Assembly: GCA_041648395.1 (NCBI GenBank)
Contig: JBAZPC010000003.1
Span: 12,801-76,800 of the forward strand
Length of the DNA: 64,000 bases
Direction: 5' to 3'
DNA from: Minisyncoccota bacterium
GTDB taxonomy: Bacteria > Patescibacteriota > Minisyncoccia > UBA9983
Each line of letters opens with the position of its first letter. The first letter of the stretch is position 1. Below the pieces are notes generated by a model that was not told the DNA's origin, did no database searches, and saw only the letters and a list, made by a program, of their open reading frames with translations. The position numbers and the translations under genes are program-made. Below, in pieces: positions 48,985 to 58,602 of the stretch.

Positions 48985-49062
48985 GTGGGGGGTTCATTGC
49001 GAACCCCTCTTTTTAATTTGCAAAAAACGAAGGAAAAGTTTAGAGTGGGAATAAAGAATACT

Positions 49063-50076
49063 ATGGCGTTTTTTATAAAAAAAATTGGAATTGATTTGGG
49101 AACGGCGAACACGCTGGTTTTTTTGCCGGGCCAAGGCGTGATTCTGAACGAGCCGTCCGTGGTTGCCATTTCCGTGCCTGACAATAAAGTTTTGGCAGTG
49201 GGCGACGAGGCGAAAGTTATGATAGGAAAAACACCCGACAACATTATCGCTTATCGGCCGATGAAAGACGGAGTGATAGCCGACTATCGCGTGACAGAGG
49301 TGATGCTCAAATATTATATTTCCAAAGCGCTGGGCAAATGGAATATCCTGAAGCCGGAGGTTATGATTTCCGTGCCGGCGGGCGTGACGTCCACCGAAAG
49401 GCGCGCGGTCGTTGAGGCGGCAATGAAAGCGGGAGCGAAGGCGGCCTACGTGGTAAAAGAGCCGATTTTGGCGGCCATCGGCGCCGACATTCCTATCTAC
49501 GAGCCGTCGGGACATATGATTGTGGACATCGGCGGAGGCACGACGGACGCGGCTGTTATTTCGCTTGGCGGAATCGTGGCGTCCACATCCGTGAAAGTGG
49601 CGGGAAATAAAATTGACCAGGCGATTGCCGATTACATCAAAAAAACTTTTAATCTCGCCATTGGCGAAAAGACAGCAGAAGAAATAAAAATAAAAATCGG
49701 CTCGGCGGTGCCAGTGGAAGACGAACTCACTTATAAAATAAAAGGAAGAGATTTTTTGACGGGACTCCCGCGAAGCACGGACATCACGACGAACGAAATT
49801 GTCAAAGCGATTGAGAGCGAACTTAGGGAGATGATGAAGGCGATAAAAGTCGTTCTTCAAAACACTCCGCCGGAACTTTCCTCCGACATTATAGATAACG
49901 GCATTACCATGACAGGCGGCACTTCTCTTTTGCGCAACATGGACGAGTTGGTCTACCGCGCGACAGGCGTGAAGGCAAGAATCGCCGAAGACGCTTTGCT
50001 CTGCGTGGCAAAGGGCACCGGCGTGGCGTTGGAACACCTGGACACTTACAAAAAGAGCATCATCGCGAAGAGATAA
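49063..50076 (+). CDS. mreB: rod shape-determining protein MreB
   Basis: GIDLGTANT, DIGGGTT, TGGTSLL. Confidence 0.95.
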   Translation: MAFFIKKIGIDLGTANTLVFLPGQGVILNEPSVVAISVPDNKVLAVGDEAKVMIGKTPDNIIAYRPMKDGVIADYRVTEVMLKYYISKALGKWNILKPEVMISVPAGVTSTERRAVVEAAMKAGAKAAYVVKEPILAAIGADIPIYEPSGHMIVDIGGGTTDAAVISLGGIVASTSVKVAGNKIDQAIADYIKKTFNLAIGEKTAEEIKIKIGSAVPVEDELTYKIKGRDFLTGLPRSTDITTNEIVKAIESELREMMKAIKVVLQNTPPELSSDIIDNGITMTGGTSLLRNMDELVYRATGVKARIAEDALLCVAKGTGVALEHLDTYKKSIIAKR

Positions 50077-50863
50077 GTTTTTTCAAGATTTTTATATCTT
50101 CCGTTACTTCCGGATAATCGGTCTCGCAGATGAGGTCGTTTTTTTGTTTTTTGGCGAAGGCGGCGATTTGCGCGAAACCCTCCATGCCGATTTTTCCTTT
50201 GCCGATGTGCTCATGCCTGTCTTTGCGCGAGCCGAGGTCGGTGGCGCTGTCGTTGGCGTGGATGAGTTTTATGTTTTTGAAGTTAATGCTGCCGGATTTC
50301 CAATCATAACCGGAAGCGAAGCCGTGTTGAGTGTCCAAGCAGATGCCGGCAAGAGCGGGCGATTTTATTTTACTTAAAATTTCTTCAATTTCTTTTATAT
50401 CCGCGCCAATTATTTTTCCCGCGCCGGCGGAATTTTCAATGAGTAACTTCGCGCTCCCATTGTATCCGTCCAAAACTTTTTCCAAACCCTCTATTACTTT
50501 TTTTATTGCTTCTGCGTTTTCCATTTCCTTTGCCGAGCCGAGATGGGTCATGACGTATTTCGCGCCAAGCAGGGAAGCGCGCTCCAGTTCTGTTCTAATC
50601 GCGCTTATTGAACCATATCTTATCCTGTTATCGGTGGAGGCGAGATTTATATAATAGGGCGCGTGGATGTAGACATCGTGTAACCCGTAACGTGTAACGC
50701 GTAACTTGAAATTTTTTACAACTTCTGGAGTGAGCTCCTGACCGCTTCCGCCCTGTGGCGGGCGGGAAAAAATCTGCATCACCTCGCAACCCAACTCTCG
50801 CGCCATCTTTGGCGCGTTCTCAATCCCTCCCCGTATGGACACATGACAACCAACTCGTGTCAT
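50060..50863 (-). CDS. nfo: endonuclease IV
   Basis: HAPYYINL, ENSAG, CLDTQH, HANDS, DRHEHIG. Confidence 0.93.
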   Translation of the reverse strand: MTRVGCHVSIRGGIENAPKMARELGCEVMQIFSRPPQGGSGQELTPEVVKNFKLRVTRYGLHDVYIHAPYYINLASTDNRIRYGSISAIRTELERASLLGAKYVMTHLGSAKEMENAEAIKKVIEGLEKVLDGYNGSAKLLIENSAGAGKIIGADIKEIEEILSKIKSPALAGICLDTQHGFASGYDWKSGSINFKNIKLIHANDSATDLGSRKDRHEHIGKGKIGMEGFAQIAAFAKKQKNDLICETDYPEVTEDIKILKKLISSR

Positions 50864-50903
50864 AATGTTTGTAATTATAACTCAATTTTGTTATTTTGTT
50901 TTT

Positions 50904-51926
50904 ATGTCATTAAGTATTGGTATTGTTGGGCTTCCTAATGTCGGTAAAAGTACGCTTTTTAAGGCGTTGACGAAGAAACAAGTTGATATTGCTAATTATC
51001 CTTTTTGCACTATTGACCCGAATGTCGGCGTGGTGCAGGTGCCGGACCCTAGACTTGCCAAACTCTCGGAGTTTAGCAAGTCGGGCAAGACGGTGCCGGC
51101 AGCCATTGAATTTGTGGACATCGCCGGTTTGGTGAAAGGCGCGGCGGAAGGGGAGGGGCTGGGAAATAAATTTTTGTCGCACATTCGCGAAGTGGACGCC
51201 ATCTGCGAAGTGGTGCGCGCGTTCAAGAATGACAACATCATTCACGTTCACAATAAAATTGACCCGGAAAATGACATCGGAGTTATTGAAACGGAACTTA
51301 TTCTTGCTGATTTGGAAACAGCGACAAAACGACTGGGAACCTTGGAAAAAGAGGTGCGTTCGCTGGACAAGGAGGCGATCAAGAAACAGGAAATCGTAAA
51401 AAAAATTAAAGCGGGGCTGGAGGCGGGGAAGCCGGCAAGGGGAATTGTTTCTCCTGACGAATTTATTTTAGTAAAAGATTTGCAACTACTTACTTTTAAG
51501 CCGATTCTTTATGTTTACAATGTTTCTGGTGATGAACCGACGCCCGGCGTCGGTTTAAAGCTAGATATTAAAACAGAAGAGGATTTAATGGACATGAGCG
51601 AAGAAGAAAAAAAAGAGCTGGGCGTGGAAAGCAATATTGATAAATTAATTATAGAAGCGTATAAATTACTCGGCCTGATGACTTTTTTCACGACGGGCGA
51701 GGATGAGAGTCGCGCGTGGACGGTCAAAATCGGTTCAACGGCGCCGGAGGCGGGCGTCGCCATTCACACCGACTTCAAGGAAAAATTTATCCGCGCCGAG
51801 GTGATAAATTGGCAGGATTTGCTCAACGCCGGATCCTACGCCGCCGCGCGCGAAAAAGGCCTCATCCGCACCGAGGGCAAAACTTATGTCGTCAAAGACG
51901 GGGATGTGATAGAGTTTAAAATATGA
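50904..51926 (+). CDS. ychF: ATPase YchF
   Basis: GLPNVGKST, ANYPFCTIDPN, DIAGLV, FIRAEV. Confidence 0.96.
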   Translation: MSLSIGIVGLPNVGKSTLFKALTKKQVDIANYPFCTIDPNVGVVQVPDPRLAKLSEFSKSGKTVPAAIEFVDIAGLVKGAAEGEGLGNKFLSHIREVDAICEVVRAFKNDNIIHVHNKIDPENDIGVIETELILADLETATKRLGTLEKEVRSLDKEAIKKQEIVKKIKAGLEAGKPARGIVSPDEFILVKDLQLLTFKPILYVYNVSGDEPTPGVGLKLDIKTEEDLMDMSEEEKKELGVESNIDKLIIEAYKLLGLMTFFTTGEDESRAWTVKIGSTAPEAGVAIHTDFKEKFIRAEVINWQDLLNAGSYAAAREKGLIRTEGKTYVVKDGDVIEFKI

Positions 51927-52183
51927 AAATAATTGAAATTTTAGCATTAATAGCCGGTGTTGCCATGAGTTTCGCCAGTTATCCGCAGATATTTAAAATT
52001 TATAAGGCAAAAAGCGCACAAAATATTTCTTTAATCACATTTAGCATTTTTTTATTTGGATGCATTATTTGGATAATTTATGGCGTGAGTATTAAAAATC
52101 AACCGATAATTTTGAGTTATTCTATTGGACTACTTGGAAATTCAGGAGTTTTATTAGGGATACTAAAATTTAAGCGTTCATGA
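51923..52183 (+). CDS. SemiSWEET/PQ-loop transporter
   Basis: PQ motif, 3 TM, 86 aa. Confidence 0.8.
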   Translation: MKIIEILALIAGVAMSFASYPQIFKIYKAKSAQNISLITFSIFLFGCIIWIIYGVSIKNQPIILSYSIGLLGNSGVLLGILKFKRS

Positions 52184-52755
52184 AACAAAAAAATATTATT
52201 CAATTACTAGAATTGTTGTCTGAACTGGACGGATTAAAAAATATACAAAGGCTTAGTCCTGTAAAAGGAAGAAAATTAGCGGAAAACGATGCAGAACATA
52301 CATGGCATACACTAATGTGGTTTTTGCTTTTAGAGCCGTTTTTAGAAAAGAAAATAAATTCTGAAAAAATTTTAAAAATGATTTTAATTCATGATTTGCC
52401 GGAAATTTATACAGGAGATATAGTGGCTTTTTCTAAAAACCATACCCATACTAAAAAAGAACATGAAGGGGCCAAAAAAATATTCAAAAAATTTCCCAAA
52501 CAAATAAATAAAAAATACTTAAATTTATGGAAAGAATTTGAAAGCAACAAAACAAAAGAAGCAAAAATTGCGAAAGCATTAGATAAACTTCAGCCGCTTT
52601 TACAGCACACAGAACTGGAATGGAAAGGGTGGAAATGGACGAAAGAAAGTATAAAAGTTGTAGAAAAAAACAAAAGAAACCATATTGAATTTAATAATAC
52701 TCTTTTGGATATCTATGAGTATTTGATAAAAAGAGCCCACAAAATATCAAAATAA
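52180..52755 (+). CDS. HD-domain phosphohydrolase
   Basis: ENDAEHTW, IHDLPEIYTGD, DKLQP. Confidence 0.85.
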   Translation: MKQKNIIQLLELLSELDGLKNIQRLSPVKGRKLAENDAEHTWHTLMWFLLLEPFLEKKINSEKILKMILIHDLPEIYTGDIVAFSKNHTHTKKEHEGAKKIFKKFPKQINKKYLNLWKEFESNKTKEAKIAKALDKLQPLLQHTELEWKGWKWTKESIKVVEKNKRNHIEFNNTLLDIYEYLIKRAHKISK

Positions 52756-52864
52756 TCACCCAATCCCTATTCTACCTAAAAAGGCCGATCGGCCCACAGA
52801 GGGAGAATGGGAAAAATAAAAAAGCTAACGGAAAAACCATTAGCTTTTTAGCGCACCCAGAAAA

Positions 52865-53104
52865 TTATTTTAAAAGAAGTCCACCGAGTTTTTCTCCACT
52901 TAATTCGTACTCGATTTGCGACTTGTAAATTTCTTCATCTTTGTTGGTGGGGATAGATGCGAGAGCAACCATGTATCCCAAAAGATATGATCTTCTCGCT
53001 CTGAGAACTTTTATTTCCTCGGCAATGCGCTCTTTTTTTGTTCTTTTTTGATCAAGAATAAAACCAAGAGCAAGTAAAACGATGCCTATAAAAATAATCT
53101 CCAT
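52865..53104 (-). CDS. orphan small membrane-anchored protein
   Basis: SD AGGAGGT; terminator ~52817-52850. Confidence 0.6.
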   Translation of the reverse strand: MEIIFIGIVLLALGFILDQKRTKKERIAEEIKVLRARRSYLLGYMVALASIPTNKDEEIYKSQIEYELSGEKLGGLLLK

Positions 53105-53131
53105 AACGACCTCCTATTTTACTGTTAATCT

Positions 53132-53206
53132 GCAAGATTTTATCCCACCAAGGCAAGATTTTATCCCACCAAGGCAAGATTTTATCCCACCAAGGCAAGA
53201 TTTTAT
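53132..53206. repeat. 21-bp tandem repeat, 3.6 copies
   Basis: GCAAGATTTTATCCCACCAAG x3 plus a partial copy. Confidence 0.95.
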
Positions 53207-53285
53207 TCTGCGATGAGTATAGCAAATTGTCAAAAAAAGTCAAGGGTTTTGTAAAAAAGTTATAACAAGAGTATAATATCGTCAT

Positions 53286-53834
53286 ATGAAAAACATAAAA
53301 AAATGGGTATTGGCAATTTCTATTGTAGTCGTTTTGAACTTATTTTTTAATTACGGAATCTATACATTTTATAAAAATCCAAAATTTGAAAATTTTTGCA
53401 AACCGGAATTAAACAGCAATTTTTACACAACGAGGCAAGCATGTGAAGCGGTTGGCGGTTTATGGAATGAAAATTTTCCAAAAGCTGTTCCGATGCCGGC
53501 GGCTCCCGCTGAAAATGTCCGAACGGGAAATATCCAAACCGGCTATTGCGACGTTTATCACACCTGCCAGAAAGATTTCAATAAAACTGAAGCTATTTAC
53601 AACAGAAATGTTTTTATTATTTTAGTGCCACTCGGATTAATTTCTCTAGTAGTGGGATTACTGATGGGAATTTCTGGAGCCGTTTCAACAGGGCTCTCCT
53701 TCGGCGGTATTTTGTCCATGATAATCGGCTCCATAAGATATTGGTCTGACATGAATGATTACTTGAGGTTCGGTTTGCTCGGAGTGGCGCTTATTATTCT
53801 CATCTGGCTGGGTATCAGAAAATTCAAGGATTAG
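53286..53834 (+). CDS. membrane protein with Cys-containing loop
   Basis: 4 TM segments. Confidence 0.7.
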   Translation: MKNIKKWVLAISIVVVLNLFFNYGIYTFYKNPKFENFCKPELNSNFYTTRQACEAVGGLWNENFPKAVPMPAAPAENVRTGNIQTGYCDVYHTCQKDFNKTEAIYNRNVFIILVPLGLISLVVGLLMGISGAVSTGLSFGGILSMIIGSIRYWSDMNDYLRFGLLGVALIILIWLGIRKFKD

Positions 53835-53838
53835 AAAA

Positions 53839-56352
53839 ATGAATCCGTACAGCCATAAAAAAATTGAAAAGAAGTGGCAAAAGTATTGGGAGAAAAATAA
53901 ACTTGACCAGGCGAAAGATTTTTCCAAAAGGCCTAAATATTATTGTCTCGTAGAATTTCCTTATCCGTCGGGAGACGGCTTGCATGTAGGCCACACTCGA
54001 AGCTATACTGCCATGGATATAATTGCCCGCAAAAGAAGAATGCAGGGCTACAACGTGCTTTATCCCATGGGCTGGGACGCTTTCGGTTTGCCGACGGAAA
54101 ATTACGCTATTAAAAAAGGAGTTCACCCAAGCGTTATTACAAAAAAGAATACAGATAATTTTAGAAGGCAATTAAAATCATTAGCTTTTTCTTTTGATTG
54201 GAGCAGGGAAATAAATACTACCGACCCGAAATATTATAAATGGACGCAGTGGATATTTTTGCAGCTTTTTAAGAAGGGCTTGGCGTACAAGCATAAAATG
54301 CCGATAAACTGGTGCTTGTCTTGCAAAGTCGGTTTGGCGAACGAGGAGGTGGTGGACGGCAAGTGCGAGCGTTGCGGGGGGCAGACGGAAAAAAGGGAAA
54401 AAGAGCAATGGATGTTGGCCATAACGAAATACGCCGACCGGCTAGATAAGGATTTGGATCCGCCAGCTGGCGGATTAGATTATCTGGAAAAAATAAAAAT
54501 CCAGCAGAGAAATTGGATAGGGAAATCAGAAGGAGCGGAGATTGAATTCAAGATTCAAGATTCAAGTTTCAAGTTTCAAGTTTTTACCACACGCGTTGAT
54601 ACTATTTTTGGTTGCACTTATGTAGTTGTTGCGCCCGAGCATGAGATAATCTCAAAACTAAAATCGCAAATATTAAATCTGAGCGAAGTTGAAAAATATA
54701 TTAATGAAGCGAAAAGAAAATCAGACCTGCAAAGGACGGAATTGCAAAAAGAAAAAACTGGCGTTGAATTGAAGGGCATGAAAGCCATTAATCCTTTCAA
54801 TAATGAAGAAGTGTCGGTGTTTGTGGCGGACTATGTTTTGGGGCATTATGGCACAGGCGCGGTAATGGCCGTCCCCGCGCACGACGAACGCGATTTTGAA
54901 TTCGCGAAGAAATATGGATTACCGGTGCGGCAATCGGTCGCCAGAAATTCTAATTTCTTAAGGACGGACGACGAGGGAAATCCTACGAAATCAGAAATTT
55001 CTGGCTCCCTTAGTGAGTGTTTTGTTGAAGATGGCGTCCTTGCTGATTCCGGCCAGTTTTCCGGCCTGACTTCTGCCGAGGCGTGCGGGGAGATGGTGAA
55101 ATGGCTGGAGGAAAAGAAGTTGGGGAAAAAAGTGGTTAAATTTCACTTGCGCGACTGGGTTTTCTCCCGCCAGCATTATTGGGGCGAGCCGATACCGATA
55201 GTGAATTGTCCAAAATGCGGCCTAGTACCGGTGCCGGAAAAAGATTTGCCGGTAAAATTGCCTGATGTAAAAAAATACGAACCGACTGACACGGGCGAAT
55301 CGCCGTTGGCGGCTATTTTAAAATGGGTGAATGTAAAATGCCCGAAGTGCAAAGGTCCGGCAAAAAGGGAAACCGACACCATGCCAAACTGGGCGGGATC
55401 GTCTTGGTATTATCTCGCATATTTAATGCTCGAAAATAAAAAATCAAATCTCAAAAATCAAAAATATGTTTGGGATAAGAAAAAATTAAAATATTGGATG
55501 CCCGTTGATTGGTACAACGGCGGAATGGAGCACACAACTTTGCATTTATTATATTCACGATTTTGGAATAAATTTTTATTTGACATCAAGGCGGCGCCGA
55601 CAAGCGAGCCGTATAAAAAAAGAACTTCGCATGGAATGATACTTGGACCGGACGGAGAGAAGATGTCCAAGTCGCGCGGCAATGTGATAAATCCGGACGA
55701 TATGGTTTCCGCTTATGGCGCAGACGCTTACCGTTTGTACCAAATGTTTATGGGGCCGTTTGATCAAGCGATACCATGGGACCCGAAAGGCATTGAAGGC
55801 ACGAGTAGGTTTTTGGGAAGAGTGTGGAAGTTGTTATCAGCCGTCAGCTATCAGTCGTCAACCAAAGAGCAAAAGCTGAAAGCTGAAAGCGGAAAGCTGA
55901 AGACTTTATTGCACAAAACCATCAAAAAAGTTTCTGAAGATATTGAAAGCATGCGGTTCAACACAGCTGTCAGTTCACTCATGATTTTATCAAACGAGAT
56001 GGAGAAACAGGAAGAAATACTGACTACTGATTACCTAATACTGGTTACTCTTTTAAGTCCTTTTGCTCCTCATATCTGCGAAGAAATTTGGAGCAAGCTT
56101 GGTAACAAAAAATCAATCTTTTTGGAAAAATGGCCGAAGTTTGATTCCCAAAAAATAAGAGAAGATAGTTTTGAATTGGTGATGCAAGTGAACGGCAAAG
56201 TGAGAGACAGGTTTGAGGCGCCGACGGATATTTCCGAAAATGACGCCATGTTATTGACATTGAAACGCGAAAATGTTAAAAAGTGGATAGGCGATAAACA
56301 AGTCAAAAAAGTCATATTTATCCAAAATAAGCTGATAAATTTAATAGCATAA
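53839..56352 (+). CDS. leuS: leucyl-tRNA synthetase
   Basis: PYPSGDGLHVGH, GWDAFGLP, KMSKSRGN. Confidence 0.97.
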   Translation: MNPYSHKKIEKKWQKYWEKNKLDQAKDFSKRPKYYCLVEFPYPSGDGLHVGHTRSYTAMDIIARKRRMQGYNVLYPMGWDAFGLPTENYAIKKGVHPSVITKKNTDNFRRQLKSLAFSFDWSREINTTDPKYYKWTQWIFLQLFKKGLAYKHKMPINWCLSCKVGLANEEVVDGKCERCGGQTEKREKEQWMLAITKYADRLDKDLDPPAGGLDYLEKIKIQQRNWIGKSEGAEIEFKIQDSSFKFQVFTTRVDTIFGCTYVVVAPEHEIISKLKSQILNLSEVEKYINEAKRKSDLQRTELQKEKTGVELKGMKAINPFNNEEVSVFVADYVLGHYGTGAVMAVPAHDERDFEFAKKYGLPVRQSVARNSNFLRTDDEGNPTKSEISGSLSECFVEDGVLADSGQFSGLTSAEACGEMVKWLEEKKLGKKVVKFHLRDWVFSRQHYWGEPIPIVNCPKCGLVPVPEKDLPVKLPDVKKYEPTDTGESPLAAILKWVNVKCPKCKGPAKRETDTMPNWAGSSWYYLAYLMLENKKSNLKNQKYVWDKKKLKYWMPVDWYNGGMEHTTLHLLYSRFWNKFLFDIKAAPTSEPYKKRTSHGMILGPDGEKMSKSRGNVINPDDMVSAYGADAYRLYQMFMGPFDQAIPWDPKGIEGTSRFLGRVWKLLSAVSYQSSTKEQKLKAESGKLKTLLHKTIKKVSEDIESMRFNTAVSSLMILSNEMEKQEEILTTDYLILVTLLSPFAPHICEEIWSKLGNKKSIFLEKWPKFDSQKIREDSFELVMQVNGKVRDRFEAPTDISENDAMLLTLKRENVKKWIGDKQVKKVIFIQNKLINLIA

Positions 56353-56368
56353 GAAAATAAACAATATA

Positions 56369-57403
56369 ATGGTTATTCTTTCGTTCAACCCAAAAGACGT
56401 TAATAAGAATTTAACCTCTGTTTTAAACGACAGAGCGAGAGACATAATTCTCCAGCGTTACGGCATGGCCAAGTCGCCGGAAAGAAAAACCCTTGAGGCT
56501 ATCGGCCAGGTTTACGGCATCACCCGCGAGAGGGTGAGGCAGCTTGAGAATTTCGCCCTTAATTCCATCAGACAGAGCAAAAATTTTTCAACCCAAGAAG
56601 ACGCGTTGGCGGAGCTGAACGATTATATCTCAAAAAAAGGAGGCCTTTTGTCAGAACAAGATATTCTTAATGAGTTATCAGATAATGGAGACCAGTATAC
56701 TAAAAATAATATTTACTTTTTGCTTGTTCTCGGAGACGATTTCAAAAAAATAAAAGAAGACGATTATTTCAACCATCGCTGGACGACTAACGAAGGCAGA
56801 GCGCAAAAAATCCACGAAGTTTTAGACAAGCTCCATAAAAAAGTCAAAGAAGATATTTTATTGGCAGAGAAGGAAATAATTTCCATCACGCAAGATTATG
56901 CGAAAGATGTTATGGGAGAAAAGACAAAAGACGACATTGTCCGTTCCTGGCTCAATATGTCAAAAGTGGTTGATAAAAATGTTTTAGGAGAATGGGGAAA
57001 TGTAAAATCGTCAAACATTCATCCGCGAGGTGTGCGCGATCTCGCCTTTACGGTTTTGAGAAAAAACGGATCGCCCATGCACTTCAGTGAAATAACAAAA
57101 GCGATATCCGAAATTTTTCCTAAAAAAGCGCACCCTGCCACCGTTCACAATGAACTCATCAAAGATTCGCGTTTCGTTCTTGTCGGACGCGGCATGTATG
57201 CCCTGAAAGAATGGGGATACGCTTCAGGCACGGTTCGCCAGATAATCAAAAGTATTCTTAAGTCATCCGGACCCCTCACAAAAGAGGAAATTATAAAGAA
57301 AGTCCTGAAAGAACGATACGTGAAAGAAAACACCATTTTGGTAAATTTGCAAAACAGCAAATATTTTAAGAGAAATAAAAACGGCGCTTATTCAGCTGTT
57401 TAA
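56369..57403 (+). CDS. sigma70 region-4 plus winged-HTH protein
   Basis: TLEAIGQVYGITRERVRQLE; TVHNELIKDSRFVLVGRG. Confidence 0.8.
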   Translation: MVILSFNPKDVNKNLTSVLNDRARDIILQRYGMAKSPERKTLEAIGQVYGITRERVRQLENFALNSIRQSKNFSTQEDALAELNDYISKKGGLLSEQDILNELSDNGDQYTKNNIYFLLVLGDDFKKIKEDDYFNHRWTTNEGRAQKIHEVLDKLHKKVKEDILLAEKEIISITQDYAKDVMGEKTKDDIVRSWLNMSKVVDKNVLGEWGNVKSSNIHPRGVRDLAFTVLRKNGSPMHFSEITKAISEIFPKKAHPATVHNELIKDSRFVLVGRGMYALKEWGYASGTVRQIIKSILKSSGPLTKEEIIKKVLKERYVKENTILVNLQNSKYFKRNKNGAYSAV

Positions 57404-57405
57404 TT

Positions 57406-58578
57406 ATGCCAGCTTTTATTCAGGATATTTTTATTTTAACCAAGGGTTTTTTATTTGAGAATTGGTATTTCTTTTTACCGCTTTTTCTAACCCTTGTTTT
57501 TTGGGATTTTTGGGTAAATTATATTAGGACCAAATTTATTTATAATCTCAAATGGACCACTTTGGAAGTGAAATTGCCGAGGGAAATAACAAAGAGTCCG
57601 CGGGCGATGGAGATTGTCTTAAATATGTTCCATCAAACAAAGGATGGAAATTTTTGGGAAAAATATTGGTTAGGATTTTTGAGGCCGTGGTTCAGCTTGG
57701 AAATAGTCGGCATCAACGGAGAAATTCATTTTTTTATTTGCACTCAATCGTTTTTTAGAAATCTTATTGAGGCGCAGATTTACGCCCAATATCCGGAAGT
57801 GGAAATCGTGGAAGTTGAAGATTATTCCAAAATGGCTTTTACGGAAGGCCTTGGCACAGAATGGGGATGTTTTGGGACGGAGTTTGAACTTATAGCGGAA
57901 GATGCTTATCCCATAAGAACTTATGTTGATTACGGCCTTCATGAGACATTGACTAAGGAAGAGCAAAAGAGCGATCCTATGACCTCCTTTATTGAGCTTC
58001 TCGGCTCTTTGAAAGAAGGGGAGAATATTTGGTTTCAAATTTTAATACGAGCGACAAAAAAGGAATGGAGAGATGAAGGCAAGGCGCTGATTGACGAAAT
58101 AATGGAGAGAGGTAAAAAACTTGCTGAAGGGGAACAGGCGAAAAAATTATCTTCTGGCGAGATAGAAATAATAAAAGCAATTGAGCGCGACGTCTCTAAG
58201 CTTGGCTTTGACGTGGGGATAAGGGCGCTTTATCTTGCCAGAACAGATAAATTTAATGCCATAAATATTTCATCAATAATAGGTTCAATGAAGCAATATA
58301 ATGCCGTGAATTTAAACGGCTTTAAGCCGGCGCGCGCAACTTCTTTGGACTATTGGTGGAGATTGAAAAAGTGGCGGGAGCCAAGAATGAAAATAAAAAT
58401 GATGGATGCCTATAGAAAGCGCTCGTATTTTTATGTGCCTTATTCGCGCAAGCCGTTTGTTTTAAACACCGAAGAGTTGGCGACGATTTTTCACTTCCCG
58501 GGCAGGGTGGCAGAAACCCCGACCTTCGGCAGGATTGAAGCGAAGAAGGGCGAACCGCCGGCGGGCTTGCCCGTATAG
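57406..58578 (+). CDS. conserved hypothetical membrane protein, similar to the N-terminal region of the 25123 ATPase
   Basis: Shared motifs FSLEI, PI(R/K)TY, LNT(E/A)EL..(I/L)FHFP. Confidence 0.7.
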   Translation: MPAFIQDIFILTKGFLFENWYFFLPLFLTLVFWDFWVNYIRTKFIYNLKWTTLEVKLPREITKSPRAMEIVLNMFHQTKDGNFWEKYWLGFLRPWFSLEIVGINGEIHFFICTQSFFRNLIEAQIYAQYPEVEIVEVEDYSKMAFTEGLGTEWGCFGTEFELIAEDAYPIRTYVDYGLHETLTKEEQKSDPMTSFIELLGSLKEGENIWFQILIRATKKEWRDEGKALIDEIMERGKKLAEGEQAKKLSSGEIEIIKAIERDVSKLGFDVGIRALYLARTDKFNAINISSIIGSMKQYNAVNLNGFKPARATSLDYWWRLKKWREPRMKIKMMDAYRKRSYFYVPYSRKPFVLNTEELATIFHFPGRVAETPTFGRIEAKKGEPPAGLPV

Positions 58579-58602
58579 GATAGGGATTGCCTGTTTAAAA
58601 TA

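Noticed and set aside
48994-50037. 347-aa antisense ORF (also 34242-34973, 4703-5278, 2106-2741, 19048-19644)
   Set aside because: Shadow ORFs opposite well-conserved genes, with no recognisable motifs
53132-53206. Possible CRISPR array
   Set aside because: The repeats are contiguous with no spacers, and no cas genes are in the window
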